Source: Planctomycetota bacterium
GTDB taxonomy: Bacteria; Planctomycetota; B15-G4
Reading direction: 5' to 3'
Length of the DNA: 64,000 bases
NCBI GenBank assembly: GCA_965248575.1
Contig: CBDFJQ010000002.1
Location: 4,992,001-5,056,000, forward strand
The notes below the pieces were generated by a model that had not been told where the DNA came from, made no database searches, and was given only the letters and a program-made list of their open reading frames with translations. Positions 60,742 through 64,000 of the stretch are shown here, piece after piece. Every line of letters starts with the position of its first letter. The stretch's first letter is position 1. A program made the position numbers and the translations under genes.

Positions 60742-62511
60742 ATGGCAAGCCTCACACGGGCCCTGCTGGCCCTCGCCCTGCTTCCCTCCCTCGCGCCCGC
60801 GCAGAACGTGGACGTCGAGGAGTTCATCCTCGACAACGGGATGAAGTTCCTGCTCCTGCCTCGCTACGAGGAGCCCAACACCATCTCCGCCGGCTGGGTG
60901 GCCAAGGTGGGCTCGGTCAACGAGCGCCCCGGCATCACGGGCATCAGCCACTTCTTCGAGCACATGATGTTCAAGGGGACCACCACGGTGGGCACCCGGA
61001 ACCCTGCCGAAGACCAGGCGTTCATGGATGAGCAGAAGGCCATCAAGCAGCAGATCAACCAGCTGGCCTGGGGCGAGCAGTACGACCGCTTCCTGGCGGG
61101 CGAGATCGATGACCCGTGGGACCCGGCCAACGACACCGAGGCCCTGCGCGCACTGCGTGCCGACCTGAAGGACGCCATGGATCGGCACAAGACGGCCATC
61201 GTCAAGAACGAGTTCGACAGCATCTACACCGCGGAAGGTGCACGCGGCATGAACGCGTTCACGAGCCACGACCTGACGTTCTATTTCATCGATGTGCCCA
61301 GCAACAAGCTGGAACTGTGGGCCTGGATGGAGTCGGATCGTCTGGACGATTCGGTCTTTCGTGAGTTCTACAGCGAGCGGGACGTGGTGCACGAAGAGCG
61401 CCGCATGCGCCTCGAGTCCTCGCCCACCGGTGTGATGGACGAGCAGTTCGACGCCATGTTCTGGCAGAGCTCGCCCTACAGCTGGTCGGTGATTGGCTGG
61501 CCGACCGACCTCAACAGCTACACGCGTGAGGACTTCGACGCCTACTTCAACGTCTACTACCGGCCCAACAACCTGGTGGGCGTCATTGTCGGTGACTTCG
61601 ACCCCTCCAACGCCCGCGAGCTGGTGCAGGAATACTTCGGTCGCCTAGCGCCGGGCGAGAAGGCCGTGCCGCCGGTGGTCACGCTCGAGATGCCCCAGGT
61701 CGCCGAGAAGCGGCTCGTGGGTGAGTGCGAGTGCCAGGATCAGATCGAGGTGCGCTACCACACGGTGCCCTTCATGCACGAGGACAGCTACTCCTTGGAC
61801 GTGCTGGCCGAGATCCTGAACGGCCGCACCGGCCGCCTCTACAAGGACATGGTGGAGGGCCAGGAGATCGCCCAGGGAGCCGGGGTTGGACAGGACAGCC
61901 GCAAGTACGGTGGCTCCTTCTCCTTCAGCGCGCGCACCAAGGGTGATGCCACGCCAGACGACCTGGAGAACGCCTGGTACGCCCAGGTGGAGCTGCTCAA
62001 GGACGAGCCCGTCAGCGACTACGAGCTGGAGAAGATCAAGAACCAGGTGGCCGCCGACAGCTACCGCCAGCTGCAGAGCAACAGCTTCCTGCGCTTGCAG
62101 CTCGGACTCTACGAGGCACAGCGCGACTGGCGCTACATCAACGAAGGCAGCTCGCTCATGCGGGCGGTGACGGCCGAGGACATCCAGCACGTGGCCAACA
62201 CCTACTTCAGCGAGACCAACCGCTGCGTGGCCATCTACACCCGCAAGGAGGGCAGCGAGCCGGAGAACGAGTTGTTCGCAGCGCTCTCCCCCGAGATGCA
62301 GGGACAGGCCACGATGATGCTTGAGCAAATGAACCAGCAGCTGGCGCAGGCGCCGGAGATGGCCAGCCAGATGCTGGAAGGCATGCGCGGCCAGGCCAGC
62401 ATGGTGCCCGCCGAGGCCAAGCCCCTGTTCGACTACATCCTGAGTGAGCTCGAGGCCAAGGTGGCCGAGCTGGAACCCGAAGGCGCGACCGACTCCGAGT
62501 CGGAAGGCTGA
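60742..62511 (+). CDS. M16 (pitrilysin/insulinase) zinc peptidase, active subunit
   Basis: Signal peptide; LDNGM, GSVNE..GISHFFEHMMFKG (HxxEH), NAFTS, ERDVVHEERR, YYRPNN. Confidence 0.93.
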   Translation: MASLTRALLALALLPSLAPAQNVDVEEFILDNGMKFLLLPRYEEPNTISAGWVAKVGSVNERPGITGISHFFEHMMFKGTTTVGTRNPAEDQAFMDEQKAIKQQINQLAWGEQYDRFLAGEIDDPWDPANDTEALRALRADLKDAMDRHKTAIVKNEFDSIYTAEGARGMNAFTSHDLTFYFIDVPSNKLELWAWMESDRLDDSVFREFYSERDVVHEERRMRLESSPTGVMDEQFDAMFWQSSPYSWSVIGWPTDLNSYTREDFDAYFNVYYRPNNLVGVIVGDFDPSNARELVQEYFGRLAPGEKAVPPVVTLEMPQVAEKRLVGECECQDQIEVRYHTVPFMHEDSYSLDVLAEILNGRTGRLYKDMVEGQEIAQGAGVGQDSRKYGGSFSFSARTKGDATPDDLENAWYAQVELLKDEPVSDYELEKIKNQVAADSYRQLQSNSFLRLQLGLYEAQRDWRYINEGSSLMRAVTAEDIQHVANTYFSETNRCVAIYTRKEGSEPENELFAALSPEMQGQATMMLEQMNQQLAQAPEMASQMLEGMRGQASMVPAEAKPLFDYILSELEAKVAELEPEGATDSESEG

Positions 62512-62543
62512 ACCGCGACACGAAAGACCAAGGAAGACATTTG

Positions 62544-64000
62544 ATGAACAGCTCCCTCAGCAGCCTTGCCAAGTTCGCCAAGCCGGCGCTTGGTCCAGCA
62601 CTCGCTCCCGTTCTGGGCCTGGCCCTGGGTGCGGCACTCTTCGGCGGAACGGTCACGGCCCAGTTGCCCAGCCACCCCGAGCAGATCGAGTTCCCCGAGT
62701 TGGACTTCACGCCTCCTGCCGGCGAGCAGTACCGGCACGAGCTCTCCAGCGGTGTGCCGGTCTACATCGTGCCCAGCCACGAGTTTCCCCTGGTCTCGGT
62801 CTCCCTCACCTTCAAGGGTGGCGAGTACCTCATGACCAAGGACCAGACGGGGCTCAACAGCGCCCTGGGTTCCCAGATGCGGCGCGGTGGCACCACGACC
62901 ATGTCGCCCGACGACCTGGATGAGCGCCTCGATTTCCTGGCCGCGAATGTCAGCGCCTTCGTGGGCGGTGAGACCTCCGGCGCCTCCATCAACTGCCTCA
63001 AGACGAACTTTGACGAGGCCTTCGGGATCTTCATGGACGTGGTGCGCAAGCCCGGTCTGGATGAAGAGAAGCTGCGTATCTTCCAGGATCAGGTCCTGGA
63101 GGGTTTCGAGACCCGCAACGACAACCCCATGGGCGTGGTCATGCCGACGATCAGCCGCCTGGCCTACGGCGAAGACCACTACTCCACCTGGGAAGCCACC
63201 CAGGCCTCCATCGAGGCCATCACCCAGGACGCCCTGCTGGAGCTGCACGGCAAGATCTTCCATCCTGGCAACCTGCTGGTGGGTGTGACCGGCGACGTCG
63301 AGCCGGCAGAGATCCTGGCCAAGCTCGAGCAGGCTTTTGACGGTTGGGAAGCCCTGGAGCGCAACCCCAACCCGCCGCTGCCCGAACACGACCTTCAGGC
63401 TGGCCTCTACCACGCCCGCACGACCCAGGCCGAGCTGCCCCAGGGCACGGCCCTGATCGTGGGCAAGGGCATCCAGCGCGATGACCCGGACGCCATCCCG
63501 CTGCGCATCATGAACGACATTCTGGGCGGTGGTGGCTTCACGAGCCGCGTCACCAACCGGGTGCGCAGCGATGAGGGCCTGGCGTACACGGCCATCACCC
63601 AGATGCAGGCGCAGGTCTGGCACGACGGGCTCTTCTTCGGCTTCTTCCAGTCCAAGAACCGCACGGTTGCCCTGGCCGCCAAGCTGATCATCGAGGAGAT
63701 CGAGCGCATCAAGTCCGAACCTGTGTCCGAGGAAGAGCTGCGTGTCGCCAAGGAGGCGCTCATCGAGAGCTTCCCCCAACGCTTTGCCAGCAAGGGCGCC
63801 ATGCTGAGTGTGTTCATGAACGATGAGCTCACGGGCCGCGAGGCGGGTTACTGGAACAGCTGGCGCGACAAGGTGAGTGCCGTGGATGCCTCCGCTGTGC
63901 AGACGGTGGCGCAGAAGCACCTGCACCCGGAGAACATGGCCGTCGTGGTCGTGGGAAACTGGGACGAGATCGAAGGCGGTGACCTGGAAGGCCGGGCCTC
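62544..64000 (+). CDS. M16 peptidase family non-catalytic partner subunit (partial, runs off the right edge)
   Basis: Read directly from ATG 62544: signal, LPSHPEQIEFPELDFTPP..HELSSGVPVY..HEFPLV, RRGGT, later ILGGGGFTSRVTNRVRSDEGLAY; no HxxEH seen. Absent from the ORF track because there is no stop codon in the window. Confidence 0.88.
   Translation, partial: MNSSLSSLAKFAKPALGPALAPVLGLALGAALFGGTVTAQLPSHPEQIEFPELDFTPPAGEQYRHELSSGVPVYIVPSHEFPLVSVSLTFKGGEYLMTKDQTGLNSALGSQMRRGGTTTMSPDDLDERLDFLAANVSAFVGGETSGASINCLKTNFDEAFGIFMDVVRKPGLDEEKLRIFQDQVLEGFETRNDNPMGVVMPTISRLAYGEDHYSTWEATQASIEAITQDALLELHGKIFHPGNLLVGVTGDVEPAEILAKLEQAFDGWEALERNPNPPLPEHDLQAGLYHARTTQAELPQGTALIVGKGIQRDDPDAIPLRIMNDILGGGGFTSRVTNRVRSDEGLAYTAITQMQAQVWHDGLFFGFFQSKNRTVALAAKLIIEEIERIKSEPVSEEELRVAKEALIESFPQRFASKGAMLSVFMNDELTGREAGYWNSWRDKVSAVDASAVQTVAQKHLHPENMAVVVVGNWDEIEGGDLEGRA

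Noticed and set aside
62433..63926. 497-aa minus-strand ORF
   Set aside because: The real gene is the plus-strand M16 partner starting at 62544.
1..64000. tRNA, rRNA, IS elements, integrases, prophage genes
   Set aside because: None recognised by eye; tRNAscan-SE, Infernal and ISEScan would be needed to exclude them formally.

Overview
GC-rich bacterial DNA, most consistent with an uncultured Planctomycetota lineage. This is inferred from an ECF sigma/Ser-Thr kinase pair, many sulfatase-like and secreted enzymes, and planctomycete-type zinc ribbons. About 41 protein-coding genes; no rRNA, tRNA, CRISPR array or transposase seen. Highlights: (1) a tightly coupled operon (44824-54852) that looks like a complete cytoplasm-to-surface electron conduit. 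It encodes a ferredoxin/FAD-NAD(P)H/di-heme cytochrome b fusion, a 23-heme cytochrome, a beta-barrel porin, a 7-heme cytochrome and an 11-heme lipoprotein; a system II cytochrome c maturation operon with an uncharacterised accessory lipoprotein lies just upstream. (2) A translationally coupled pair (55340-59574) of a SLOG + tandem SLATT membrane effector and a membrane-anchored TIR protein with a large extracytoplasmic domain, with Thoeris-like logic. (3) A shared ~120-aa C-terminal domain on four secreted enzymes of three unrelated families, a candidate lineage-specific sorting signal. (4) A 16-codon leader ORF, absent from the ORF track, with a strong RBS upstream of rsgA. Also present: a minor pseudopilin cluster, tandem M12B proteases, an M36 protease, an M16 pair, Thr-type 'sulfatases' and a His/Asp repeat lipoprotein. 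All family calls come from motif recognition by eye, not database searches.
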